A stretch of 64,000 nucleotides of DNA, from positions 177,949-241,948 of the forward strand of contig JAGRGH010000037.1 of the NCBI GenBank assembly GCA_020445605.1, in the 5' to 3' direction. A program made the position numbers and the translations under genes. Origin of the DNA: Chromatiales bacterium. Lineage in GTDB: Bacteria; Pseudomonadota; Gammaproteobacteria; JAGRGH01. Below are positions 47,556 through 57,672 of this stretch, piece by piece (positions within the stretch are counted from its first letter, which is position 1; every line of letters starts with the position of its first letter). Under the pieces are notes generated by a model. The model did not search any database, was not told where the DNA came from, and worked only from the letters and a program-made list of their open reading frames with translations.

Positions 47556-49522
47556 GTCTGAACGATACGCAGATCGCCGCGACCTGGATTCGTCCGGCTC
47601 GAAAACTGGGCGAGCGGCTGTGCCACGCCCAGATGCACGCCCTGCGCGAAGTCGACGCCGACCTTGCGCACCGCCTCCAGCACCGCGTCGGATTCCACGA
47701 ACTGCGCGACGCTCTGGCGTCCGAGGGCATGCACGATGTCGTTGATCGACTTGAGCAGCGTCAGGTTGGTCGAAGAAAGCATCTCGCCGTGCAGTACGCC
47801 GGTGCCGATTTTGATCAGGTCCACGGGCAGACGCGACAGATGTCCGAACGAGGTCTTGCCCGAACCGAATCCGTCGAGCGCGAAACGGCAACCCAGGCCC
47901 CGCAGCAGGTCGGCCACCCGCCGCACGCGATTGACCTGTTCCAGCGCGCGTTCCGAGATCTCGAAACACAGCCGGTCGGCGAGCCCGACCTCACTGGAAA
48001 GCAGGTCGACCAGGGCGCCGATTGCGCGCGAGTCGCCGATCGTCTGCGGCGACAGATTGATATGCAACTGGGTGACGCGCCCGACACGTTCGGTCTGGCC
48101 CTGCAGCCAGCGCAGCGCGGCCTCGACGACCCAGCGGTCGATCTCTGCCATCAGACCGTAACGCTCGGCGATCGGCACGAACGCACGCGGCGACACCATG
48201 CGGTCGTTCGGGGCATGCAGACGCGCGAGGATCTCATAACGAGGTTGCAGGTCGCGCGCGGCGATCGGCACGATGGGCTGGGCAAACAGCGTGAAGCGGT
48301 TGTGTGCAATCGATTCGCGCAACACCACCGCAAGCTGGTTCTGGCGGACTGAATCGTTGCGCGATTCGCGCCGCACCTGGTCGTAGGCGAGCACGCGATT
48401 GCGTCCGGCGTCCTTGGCCGCATAGCAGGCGATGTCCGCAGCCTTCAGCGCTTCGGCGCGCGACATGCCGCGTTCGAGCGTGACCACGCCGACGCTGGCG
48501 CCCACGGTGTACTCGCGATCCTCCCAGAGCAGACGGTAGCGCTCGACCACGCCGCGAATGCGCTCACCGAGTGCCATGCCGGCTGCGCGGTCGCAGTCGA
48601 CCGAGACAATCGCGAACTCATCGCCGCCGATCCGGGCCAGCAGGTCGCCGCCGAGCAACACCCGGCTCAGTCGTTCGCCGAGTTCACGCAGCAACTGGTC
48701 GCCGGCGGCATGGCCCTCGCTGTCATTGACGAGCTTGAATCGATCCAGGTCGATGAACAGCAGCGTCGCTGGCGCAAGTGCCGGATCTGCGAGCACGGAG
48801 TCCAGATGTCGGTCGAACGCGGCCCGGTTCGGCAGGCGGGTCAGAGCATCGTGTTCGGCCTGATGGGTGATTTCGTGATTCTTGCGGCGAACCGTTGCAA
48901 TCACGAACCAGCCCACCAGCGCGCTGGCCGTCAGGGTCGCAGCGATCAGACCAATGATCTTCAGTTCGGTCGCGTGCATCTGCGCATTGCTCTGTGCAAG
49001 CGCGGCGGCCGAGTTCCGGGCCTGGAGTGCGACCAGTTCGTCGAGTACGCCCAGGACCTCGATCTGCGCGGTGTCGCCCGCGTCGATCGTTGCGTCGAGC
49101 AGGGCAGATTCGCCGCCGCTTTGCAGCAGTATCACTGCACGGTCATTCAGCGGCTGGGCGATGCGCAGCCGGTCGCGCAGCTCCTTGGCCAACAGCGCCT
49201 CCGCGCCGGCCAGCGGACGGTTTTCCCAATCGACCCTTGCCTCCAGGAACGCACGGGCGTGACCGTAATAGCGCTGTGCCTCGGCGTCACGCTCGAACGG
49301 ATCGGCGGCTCCACGCAGCAGCACGATGGAGTGCGCCCGCTGGCGAATGGCGTCGCGCATGCGGTGCACCGCAGCGGTCTTGGCCTGGGTGTCTTCGACG
49401 AGCGTGGCGATTCTGGCGTTGGTCTGGGCGACCTGGTCCAGGGCGATCGCACCGACCGCGACAATCATGAGCGCCGTCAGGGCAAAGCCTGCCGCGATGA
49501 TTGAACCCGATGCGTTACGCAC
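47552..49522 (-). CDS. membrane sensor diguanylate cyclase/phosphodiesterase (GGDEF-EAL)
   Basis: Two TM helices flank a ~170-aa periplasmic helical sensor region. GGDEF domain (RIGGDEFAIV) and EAL domain (EISER...DGFGSG). GTG start. Confidence 0.9.
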   Translation of the reverse strand: MRNASGSIIAAGFALTALMIVAVGAIALDQVAQTNARIATLVEDTQAKTAAVHRMRDAIRQRAHSIVLLRGAADPFERDAEAQRYYGHARAFLEARVDWENRPLAGAEALLAKELRDRLRIAQPLNDRAVILLQSGGESALLDATIDAGDTAQIEVLGVLDELVALQARNSAAALAQSNAQMHATELKIIGLIAATLTASALVGWFVIATVRRKNHEITHQAEHDALTRLPNRAAFDRHLDSVLADPALAPATLLFIDLDRFKLVNDSEGHAAGDQLLRELGERLSRVLLGGDLLARIGGDEFAIVSVDCDRAAGMALGERIRGVVERYRLLWEDREYTVGASVGVVTLERGMSRAEALKAADIACYAAKDAGRNRVLAYDQVRRESRNDSVRQNQLAVVLRESIAHNRFTLFAQPIVPIAARDLQPRYEILARLHAPNDRMVSPRAFVPIAERYGLMAEIDRWVVEAALRWLQGQTERVGRVTQLHINLSPQTIGDSRAIGALVDLLSSEVGLADRLCFEISERALEQVNRVRRVADLLRGLGCRFALDGFGSGKTSFGHLSRLPVDLIKIGTGVLHGEMLSSTNLTLLKSINDIVHALGRQSVAQFVESDAVLEAVRKVGVDFAQGVHLGVAQPLAQFSSRTNPGRGDLRIVQT

Positions 49523-49629
49523 GCGCCGTCCTCCTTGTGACGGACCGGTGCGCGGCGCGCGCCCGGCTCCCGACCCAAAAAATAAGACTAGCCCGGATTT
49601 TTCACAATTTTGAGAACTGCGTCACAGTT

Positions 49630-50880
<1,251 letters not shown>

Positions 50881-50893
50881 GGGCGGGGGCGCA

Positions 50894-51700
50894 TCATAGC
50901 GCCGGGGGCCTGGCGTCACCGAGCGCATGTGCCACCGGCGCCTGTTCGAGCAGCCAGGTCGCGATGGCGCCGCGGTCGAACGCGGTCAGCTTCGAGGTCG
51001 AGCGGTCGACGACCTCGGCCATGGTGTCGCCGACGTAGTCACCGTTGGGCAGCGCGCCGGATTCGAGCAGGTCGAGCAGGTCCGTGCGGCTCCATTTGCC
51101 GATGCCGGTCTCGCGGTCCGGGGTGATGTTCGGCACCTTCTCGCCGGATGGCCCCTGTGCCGTGCCGGCCAGGCGACGGAACACATCGGGCTCTCCGAAC
51201 AGGCCGCGCGGGGTGTGGCACTCGTCGCAGTGGCCAAGCACTTCCACGAGGTACGAGCCACGGTTGTAGGCGTCCGTGCGCGCCGGGTCCGGTCGCCAGC
51301 GGCGCTCGCGAAACACCCTCGCACGCCACAGGTTCAGTCCTGGACGCCAGCCAAACGGCCAGTCGAGTTCGTGCGCGCGGTTCGCCTGCCGCACGGGCTC
51401 GAGCGAGCGCAGGTAGGCCCACAGATCGGCGAGGTCCGCGTCGCTCATCCCCGTGTAGCGCAGATACGGCAGGCTCGGATAGTACGGCCGGCCGTCCGGG
51501 CGCAGCCCCTGGCGAAGCGCGCGATACAGATCGGCGCCGCTCCAGCGGCCGATGCCAGTCTCGGGGTCGGGCGTGATGTTCGGCGCATAGAAAATGCCGA
51601 AACCGGTCTCCAGCGCCCGGCCACCGGCCAGCGGTGGCTGATCCTTCGCGCTGTGACAGCCCGCGCAGCCGGCGGCGGCGAAGACATATTCGCCGCGCAC
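50894..51700 (-). CDS. membrane-anchored dihaem cytochrome c
   Basis: Two CxxCH sites (CAGCH, CDECH), each followed by N(I)TPDxETGIGxWS, as in the cytochrome c subunits of CcoP/ADH/GADH. The in-frame upstream region to 51808 encodes a TM anchor (RRLVVAIGLVGAIAAFFYWP) but has no canonical start codon. Confidence 0.8.
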   Translation of the reverse strand: MRGEYVFAAAGCAGCHSAKDQPPLAGGRALETGFGIFYAPNITPDPETGIGRWSGADLYRALRQGLRPDGRPYYPSLPYLRYTGMSDADLADLWAYLRSLEPVRQANRAHELDWPFGWRPGLNLWRARVFRERRWRPDPARTDAYNRGSYLVEVLGHCDECHTPRGLFGEPDVFRRLAGTAQGPSGEKVPNITPDRETGIGKWSRTDLLDLLESGALPNGDYVGDTMAEVVDRSTSKLTAFDRGAIATWLLEQAPVAHALGDARPPAL

Positions 51701-51811
51701 GGCGTCGCCGCCTTCCAGCGCCGGGGCCGAGCCGCCGCGAGGCCAGTAGAAAAACGCCGCGATCGCGCCGACCAGGCCGATCGCGACGACGAGTCGCCGG
51801 GCGCGAATGGC

Positions 51812-52252
51812 TCAGCGCTCCGTTTTCTTGCGGAAGTCCTTGTGACAGTCCTTGCAGGTCGATTCCAGATCGTTGAAGGCCTTGGCGGTATCGCCGCCGG
51901 CGAGTGCGCGCTCGTAGGCCAGCGCGGCGTCCTGCGACTGTTTCACGACCTTTGCGAACGCGTCGGGCTTGGCCCAGATCGCCTCCAGCGCGTCGGTTTC
52001 GCCGAAATCGCTGCCTTCCGGAAAGATCTGGTCCAGTTCGCCGGTGAGTTCCACCATCGCGCGGGCGTGGTGGGCGCGGCTCGCGGTGAAATCCACGCGG
52101 CCCTTCTCGATCGACTTCAGTGCGCCGGTGTGGCCACCGATCGCGCGCATGATGGATTTGCGGTAGCCGATGACCTGTTCCGGGTCCGATGCCAGCAGCG
52201 GCGTGGTCAGGCCGACGGCCAATACGGCAACAACGAGGCGAACGGGCAACAT
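51812..52252 (-). CDS. cytochrome c' (class II cytochrome c)
   Basis: Signal peptide, four-helix-bundle-type sequence and a C-terminal CKDCH haem site. ATG at 52252. Confidence 0.85.
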   Translation of the reverse strand: MLPVRLVVAVLAVGLTTPLLASDPEQVIGYRKSIMRAIGGHTGALKSIEKGRVDFTASRAHHARAMVELTGELDQIFPEGSDFGETDALEAIWAKPDAFAKVVKQSQDAALAYERALAGGDTAKAFNDLESTCKDCHKDFRKKTER

Positions 52253-52402
52253 TTCAGTCTCCAGGATGCAGAGGAGGGGAAACAATTATATGAAACCGCC
52301 GAGCGGCGCCCGGGTTTCCGCGTTTGTGAGCCATGAGCAGGCCGAAGTTCCCTTGAATCGCGGCGTCCGGATCGGCATATTTCAGCGTTTGCTAATTTTC
52401 CC

Positions 52403-53275
52403 TTGGACCCCAACATGGCCAACTCGCCGCATATTTACGAAGTCACCGAAGCCACGTTCGACGCCGAGGTGATCGCCCGATCGCACGAAGTGCCCGTGCT
52501 CGTGGACTTCTGGGCCGACTGGTGTGCGCCCTGCCGCATGCTCATGCCAGTGCTCCAGGCAGTCGTGGACTCGCACGCCGGCCAGGTCGTACTCGCGAAG
52601 GTCGATACCGACAAGGAACAGCGCCTCGCCGGCACGCACCGCGTGCGCGGCCTGCCGACCGTGCGGCTCTACAAGGACGGCAAGGTCGTCGAGGAGTTCA
52701 CCGGCGCGCAGCCGGAATCCGTCGTGCGTGCCATGGTCGAGCGTCATCTGGCGCGACCGGGCGATCCGCTGCGCCACGAGGCGCGCTCCGCGCTCGCCGC
52801 CGGCAACGCAGAACACGCCGTGCAGTATCTGACCGAGGCCCTGTCGCTGGACCCGGACAACGGCGAAATCCAGGTCGAACTCGCCGAAGCGCTGGCCCAG
52901 CAGGGCGACCTGGATGCCGCGCAGGAACGACTGGATGCATTGCCGCTACAGATTGCCGAGACCGAACCCGCGCGCCGACTGCGTGCGACGCTGATGTTCG
53001 CGCGCGCCGCCGGCACCGGCGGCGATGCGGACATCGCGGCAATGCTTGCGGCCGATCCGAACGACAGCGAGGCGCTGTACCGCCGCGCGGCGCAATCGGT
53101 GGTGCGCGGCGAATACCCGGAAGCCCTCGAAGACCTGCTCAGCGTGCTGCGCAACGATCGCGGCTTTCGCGATGGCGCCGCGCGTGAAGGCATGCTCGCC
53201 GTGTTCGAGATTCTCGGCCCGCAACATGAACTCGCCGCCCAGTTCCGCCGCCGGATGGCCGCGGCACTGAACTGA
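52403..53275 (+). CDS. thioredoxin-TPR fusion protein (YbbN/CnoX-like co-chaperone)
   Basis: N-terminal thioredoxin fold with an intact WCAPC active site. C-terminal TPR-like helical repeats resembling E. coli YbbN. Confidence 0.8.
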   Translation: MDPNMANSPHIYEVTEATFDAEVIARSHEVPVLVDFWADWCAPCRMLMPVLQAVVDSHAGQVVLAKVDTDKEQRLAGTHRVRGLPTVRLYKDGKVVEEFTGAQPESVVRAMVERHLARPGDPLRHEARSALAAGNAEHAVQYLTEALSLDPDNGEIQVELAEALAQQGDLDAAQERLDALPLQIAETEPARRLRATLMFARAAGTGGDADIAAMLAADPNDSEALYRRAAQSVVRGEYPEALEDLLSVLRNDRGFRDGAAREGMLAVFEILGPQHELAAQFRRRMAAALN

Positions 53276-53278
53276 GCA

Positions 53279-53300
53279 AGCGGCCGCTTTTGTGACACAA
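53279..53300 (+). terminator. candidate intrinsic terminator after the thioredoxin-TPR gene
   Basis: AAGCGGC/GCCGCTT hairpin followed by TTTGTG. Confidence 0.4.
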
Positions 53301-53395
53301 CCAACCCGGAGACTGCCGTGCGCGGATGGCCGAGGTTGGGAAGCAGGTTCGTGTCGCTGGCTGTTGGACGAGCCCGAAAACAAGGCAGGTAACCA

Positions 53396-54199
53396 ATGCT
53401 CGCGACCATCCGCTACTACTATTCAAGGTTTGGAATCCCCGGCGTGTGGTCGGCCACCAAATTGAAGCTCGGCGGTTCGGATCATCTCATCGAGGTCAGA
53501 AAGCGCGGGGTCAAGGCGCCGTTTTTTCTCCGACTGCGAACCAGTGACCTGCCGACCTTCGAGCAGATTTTTGTCCGCCAGGAGTACGACTTTCTTGCCG
53601 GGTCCCCGCCGAAGGTGATCGTGGATGCAGGCGCAAACATCGGGCTCGCGTCGACCTGTTTTGCAAACAGGTTTCCACTTGCAAAGATCATCGCGATCGA
53701 GCCGGAAGACAGCAATTTCAGATTGCTGGAACGCAACGTCTCGCCTTATCCGAATGTGGTTCCCGTTCAGGCGGCATTGTGGAACTCCAATGGCGAGATC
53801 AGCCTGGTTGACCCGGGATATGGCAAATGGGGGTACATGACGAGCGATGATGAAGCTGCCCAGAGGAGCGTCAATCAGGTTTGTCATCCGGTGGCGGCCA
53901 TGACGGTGGACCGGGTGATGCGCGACTTTGGCCTGGACAGGATCGATATCCTCAAAATGGATATCGAGGGCGCCGAGCGGGAGGTGTTCGCCGGTTCTTC
54001 GTCCTGGATTGAAAGCGTCGAGTCAATCATTGTTGAACTGCACGAGCGGTTGAAACCCGGCTGTAATCGAAGTTTCTACAACGGTACCAACGGATTCGAC
54101 TCGGAGTGGAGGCAAGGGGAAAGGATCTATCTTTCAAGACGCGGGGTCATCCGTCCGGGCCCCGGCGCAGGTCGGACCAGAAGGGCTGCCGTCGCATAG
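53396..54199 (+). CDS. FkbM-family SAM-dependent methyltransferase
   Basis: VIVDAGANIGLASTCFANRFP...IIAIEPEDSNFRLLERN...IDILKMDIEGAEREVF (Methyltransf_21/FkbM signature). GC ~56%, well below the flanks. Confidence 0.85.
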   Translation: MLATIRYYYSRFGIPGVWSATKLKLGGSDHLIEVRKRGVKAPFFLRLRTSDLPTFEQIFVRQEYDFLAGSPPKVIVDAGANIGLASTCFANRFPLAKIIAIEPEDSNFRLLERNVSPYPNVVPVQAALWNSNGEISLVDPGYGKWGYMTSDDEAAQRSVNQVCHPVAAMTVDRVMRDFGLDRIDILKMDIEGAEREVFAGSSSWIESVESIIVELHERLKPGCNRSFYNGTNGFDSEWRQGERIYLSRRGVIRPGPGAGRTRRAAVA

Positions 54200-54381
54200 G
54201 GTTCCGGCGTTCGGCCGACTCACCGGTTGCGCTATGCGGCGCTTCAGTGCTGCGGTCGTGGCGGTTTGCGTCGAAACAAGATGCCACAGGCAGGAACGGA
54301 ATTCCCTGCGCGGTTTCCGGATTGCGCGGTCGGCACGTATGCTGTGCGGCACGTGATTCGCATCCTTCCGGTCGGCGAGCG

Positions 54382-55170
54382 ATGGGCATTCTCAGAAAAC
54401 TGGCCAGAATACGGAGGTATGGGCTGACTGGTGCGCCGATCAGGCAAGACCGTCTCATCGTATCCGCGGAGAAACGTCTGGTTGTCGGTTTCACGCCCAA
54501 GGCGGCCTGTACGGTCGCCAGCAAGCTGTTCTTTCATACGATCGGAAAGCTGGACGAAGCCCGGGATCAATCGGACTGGATCCATGATTACAGGGAGGTT
54601 TACTGTGAGAAAAACCCGGTCCGCTATGTCCACCTGGTGTCCAGGTCATTCCTGAAAATCAAGTTTGTTCGGAATCCATTCCACCGTGCGGTAAGCAGCT
54701 ACATCCATGCGATGAGGTACGGGTACGTGGGCGCGGAAATCGAAAGGTCGCTCCGTCTGGGGGATTTCCGGGATGCGTCGTTTCGGGACTTCGTCCGCTT
54801 TCTCACCATGGAGGACCTGCATCGTTCGAACGTCCACCACGATTACCAGAAACTACGGCTCGAAGGTGTCGCGTTTCACTTCGACCACATAGTCCGGGTG
54901 GAAAATATTCTGGAACGGCTCAGTCAGATCAAAGCAGCCGATGGACGCGGCCTGGACTGGAACGAATCGTTGCTGAGCAGTCGACATCACACCAAGAAGA
55001 AGTGCGGGGAACAGGTGGCGGCGTTCGACCTGCCCTTCAAATCGCTCGTTGAGACGGGCGCTGGCTTTCCGGATTACAGCCGGTTTTACGATCCGCAATT
55101 GCTGGATGCGGTATACGAATTGTATAAGGTCGATTTTGATGCGTACGGATACGCTCGCGGGAAGCTTTGA
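54382..55170 (+). CDS. carbohydrate-sulfotransferase-like protein (Sulfotransfer_2-type motif)
   Basis: 5'-PSB-like GFTPKAACTVASKLFF and 3'-PB-like KFVRNPFHRAVSSYIHAM mirror the VPKVACTNW / FVREPFERLVSAYR motifs of HNK-1/chondroitin-type sulfotransferases. GC ~54%. ATG at 54382 inside the longer ORF. Confidence 0.6.
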   Translation: MGILRKLARIRRYGLTGAPIRQDRLIVSAEKRLVVGFTPKAACTVASKLFFHTIGKLDEARDQSDWIHDYREVYCEKNPVRYVHLVSRSFLKIKFVRNPFHRAVSSYIHAMRYGYVGAEIERSLRLGDFRDASFRDFVRFLTMEDLHRSNVHHDYQKLRLEGVAFHFDHIVRVENILERLSQIKAADGRGLDWNESLLSSRHHTKKKCGEQVAAFDLPFKSLVETGAGFPDYSRFYDPQLLDAVYELYKVDFDAYGYARGKL

Positions 55171-55202
55171 ATCGTTCAGTCTTTGCCGGGACAGGTCGTT
55201 GG

Positions 55203-55364
55203 CAGGCGGTTGAAATTCTGATTTCAACGGCCTGATATCGCGCGACAGGGACGTCTCGCCCGAAAATCGAACACACAAGTGTTTGATTTTCGTGAGCAAC
55301 CGAAAACCGCGCTTTTCGGTTGCGATGTTGAAAAGGCCATGGATGGGCCGTTTTCAACAACCTG
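55203..55364. repeat. MITE-like palindromic repeat, copy 2 (inverted relative to copy 1)
   Basis: ~160 bp with terminal hairpins GTTGAAATTCTGATTTCAAC and GTTGAAAAGGCC..GGGCCGTTTTCAAC. Right TIR TTTTCAACAACCTG abuts the stop codon of the downstream minus-strand gene. Core is ~93% identical to the reverse complement of 10381..10471. Confidence 0.75.
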
Positions 55365-56066
55365 TTAGCGCATGCGCACGACGGCATATAGATCGTAGGG
55401 GTCGCGGAAGGTCCACATGCAGTCGGCAAACCCGGCGCGCGCGGCGATGGCCTCCCAGCTCGGGATGGATTCCGGGTGATCCTGATTCAGCACGTGGGCG
55501 CTGACGCGGCTCAACTGGTCCTCGCTCAGATCGGCCCACTGATCGCGAAAGCAGCGCACGCTGCGTTCGAGAAACTGTTCGCGGGTCTCGTCGTCGCGAC
55601 GGAACACGTCATAGACGAAGATCTCACCGTCGTCGGTCAGCTGGTCGTGCATCCACGCGAGCAGTTCGCGTTTCTCGTCGTTTTCCAGATGATGCATGGA
55701 ATAGCCGGCGACGATCAGGTGGTACGGCCGGTCGGCGTAGTCGGCCGACCGCTGCATGGTGTCGGCGTGTAGCTGGATGTCACGCACGCGGCCGTCCAGG
55801 TTCTTGCGGGCGAACTCCAGCGCCGGCGCGGACAGATCGATCCCGCGATAGTGCGCGATCTCGTTGCCTTCGAGCGCCTGGCTCAGCACGTAGGCATCGC
55901 CACAGCCGACCTCGAGCACGTTCATGTCCACATGCAGCAGGCCGCCGAGCGCCCGACGCATCTGGTCGGTGATCTCGTTGTGCAGCATGTAGTTGCCGGC
56001 AATGACCTGCTGGTAGAGCTGCCAGCCTTCGAAGAAGGACTGGATGTCTTTGTCGTCCTGGTTCAT
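55365..56066 (-). CDS. class I SAM-dependent methyltransferase
   Basis: Motif I VLEVGCGDAYVLSQAL, acidic motif II, ~233 aa. Co-oriented downstream of glgB-glgA. Confidence 0.75.
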   Translation of the reverse strand: MNQDDKDIQSFFEGWQLYQQVIAGNYMLHNEITDQMRRALGGLLHVDMNVLEVGCGDAYVLSQALEGNEIAHYRGIDLSAPALEFARKNLDGRVRDIQLHADTMQRSADYADRPYHLIVAGYSMHHLENDEKRELLAWMHDQLTDDGEIFVYDVFRRDDETREQFLERSVRCFRDQWADLSEDQLSRVSAHVLNQDHPESIPSWEAIAARAGFADCMWTFRDPYDLYAVVRMR

Positions 56067-56209
56067 CGCATGTGGCCCCAGACGGTTGTGGATGACGGCC
56101 GGCCTCGTGCGCGGTGGCGGCCAGTTGTGCGGCCGGCGTCGGGCGTTGCAGAAATATGGCACGCCGGCCGGTACATGTCACGTCCCGGTTATTACCCGGG
56201 CACGGCGGC

Positions 56210-57658
56210 TCAGGGACGTTGCAGGAGGTCTTGGTACAGGGCCGAATAGCGCTGGGCGCTGGCCCGCCAGCTGAAGTCGCGCTGCATGGCGTTGCGCTGC
56301 ATCTGGCGCCAGACGGACGGTTCGCGCCAGACGGCGATGGCCTGTCGGAGCGCGCCGGCCAGGTCTTTCTGCGTGGCCTCGCCGAATGAAAAGCCGGTGG
56401 CGGTTTCCAGGTTCGAACGCTTGACGTCGAGGCCGGTCACGGTGTCCGCAAGCCCGCCCGTGGCGCGCACGATCGGCAGCGTGCCGTAGCGCATGGAGTA
56501 CATCTGGTTCAGCCCGCAGGGTTCGTAGCGCGAGGGCATGACGAAGGCGTCCGCGCCCGCCTCAATGCGATGCGCGAGCTGTTCGTCGTAACCTAGGCGC
56601 ACGGCCACCGCGTCCGGAAAGCGCGTGGCGAGCGATGACAGGGTCTGTTCGAGTTCGGGATCGCCACTGCCGAGCACGGCGAGCTGTGCGCCCTGCTCGA
56701 TCAGCGCGGGCAGGGTCTGCACGAGCAGATCGATGCCTTTCTGGTAGGCGAGCCGGCTGACCACGCCGAACAGCGGCGCCTCCAGATACGGACGCAGGCC
56801 GAGCGCCTGTTGCAGCAGTTCCTTGTTGCGCTGTTTGTAGCCGAGCCGCGCGGCGCTGTATTTGCGCACGACGTGCGGATCGCCAGCAGGATCCCACACG
56901 CGCGTGTCGATGCCGTTGACGATGCCGGTCAGCGCGTCCGCGCGCTTGCGCAGCATTCCGTCCATGCCAAATCCAAAGTCAGCGGTCTGGATCTCTTCGG
57001 CATAGGTCGGGCTCACGGTCGTGATCGCGTCGCTGTAGACGATGCCGGCCTTCAGGAACGAGAAATGCCCGTAGAACTCCGCGCCATCCGGTGTGTAGAC
57101 CGACCACGGCAGCCCGAGCGTGTCGACACTTTGCGGTGCGAAATTGCCCTGGTAGCCGATGTTGTGGATGGAGAACACCGAGCGCACCCCGGCGACGGGT
57201 TTCAGCCGCAGCCATAGCGCGGCGGGGCCGGTCTGCCAGTCGTTCAGATGCAGGATCTGCGGCCGCCAGTCGCCGGGCAACCCGCCCACGCAGAGCATGG
57301 TCGCGACTTCCGAGAGCAGGCCGAACCGGATCGCGCTGTCGGCGTGCTCCTGACCCTGCTCGTTCAGGTACGGACCACCCGGTCGCTCGTACAGGGCGGG
57401 TGCGATCAGCGTGTACACCGGGACTTTCGTATCCGGCATGCGGTATTCGCCGATCTCCACCGGCCCGACGCGGGTTTGCAGCGTCGCGGTCGCGCGTGCG
57501 CGCCCGAGGGCCTTTGTGACCGCCGGATACGCTGGCAGCAGGATGCGGCAGTCGTGGCCGGTTTCGACCAGCGCCGCCGGCAGGGCGCCGGCGACATCGG
57601 CGAGACCGCCGGTCTTGACCAGCGGCTGCACCTCGGAGGCGACGAACAGGATGCGCAC
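56210..57658 (-). CDS. glgA: glycogen synthase (ADP-glucose type)
   Basis: MRILFVASEVQPLVKTGGLADVAGALPAAL... (GT5 KTGGL motif). Confidence 0.95.
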   Translation of the reverse strand: MRILFVASEVQPLVKTGGLADVAGALPAALVETGHDCRILLPAYPAVTKALGRARATATLQTRVGPVEIGEYRMPDTKVPVYTLIAPALYERPGGPYLNEQGQEHADSAIRFGLLSEVATMLCVGGLPGDWRPQILHLNDWQTGPAALWLRLKPVAGVRSVFSIHNIGYQGNFAPQSVDTLGLPWSVYTPDGAEFYGHFSFLKAGIVYSDAITTVSPTYAEEIQTADFGFGMDGMLRKRADALTGIVNGIDTRVWDPAGDPHVVRKYSAARLGYKQRNKELLQQALGLRPYLEAPLFGVVSRLAYQKGIDLLVQTLPALIEQGAQLAVLGSGDPELEQTLSSLATRFPDAVAVRLGYDEQLAHRIEAGADAFVMPSRYEPCGLNQMYSMRYGTLPIVRATGGLADTVTGLDVKRSNLETATGFSFGEATQKDLAGALRQAIAVWREPSVWRQMQRNAMQRDFSWRASAQRYSALYQDLLQRP

Positions 57659-57672
57659 GTCGGCCGGGTCGG

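Noticed and set aside
47556-47969. N-terminal 130-aa extension of the ThpR ORF (321-aa ORF 47004..47969).
   Set aside because: It overlaps the 3' end of the GGDEF-EAL gene on the same strand in another frame. The translation is Arg/Gly-rich nonsense; ThpR homology starts near 47555.
54200-54381. Spacer between the FkbM methyltransferase and sulfotransferase containing a short direct repeat CGGCACGT-N8-CGGCACGT.
   Set aside because: Too short and low-complexity to call a regulatory site without comparative support. Noted only as a possible internal promoter region of the islet.
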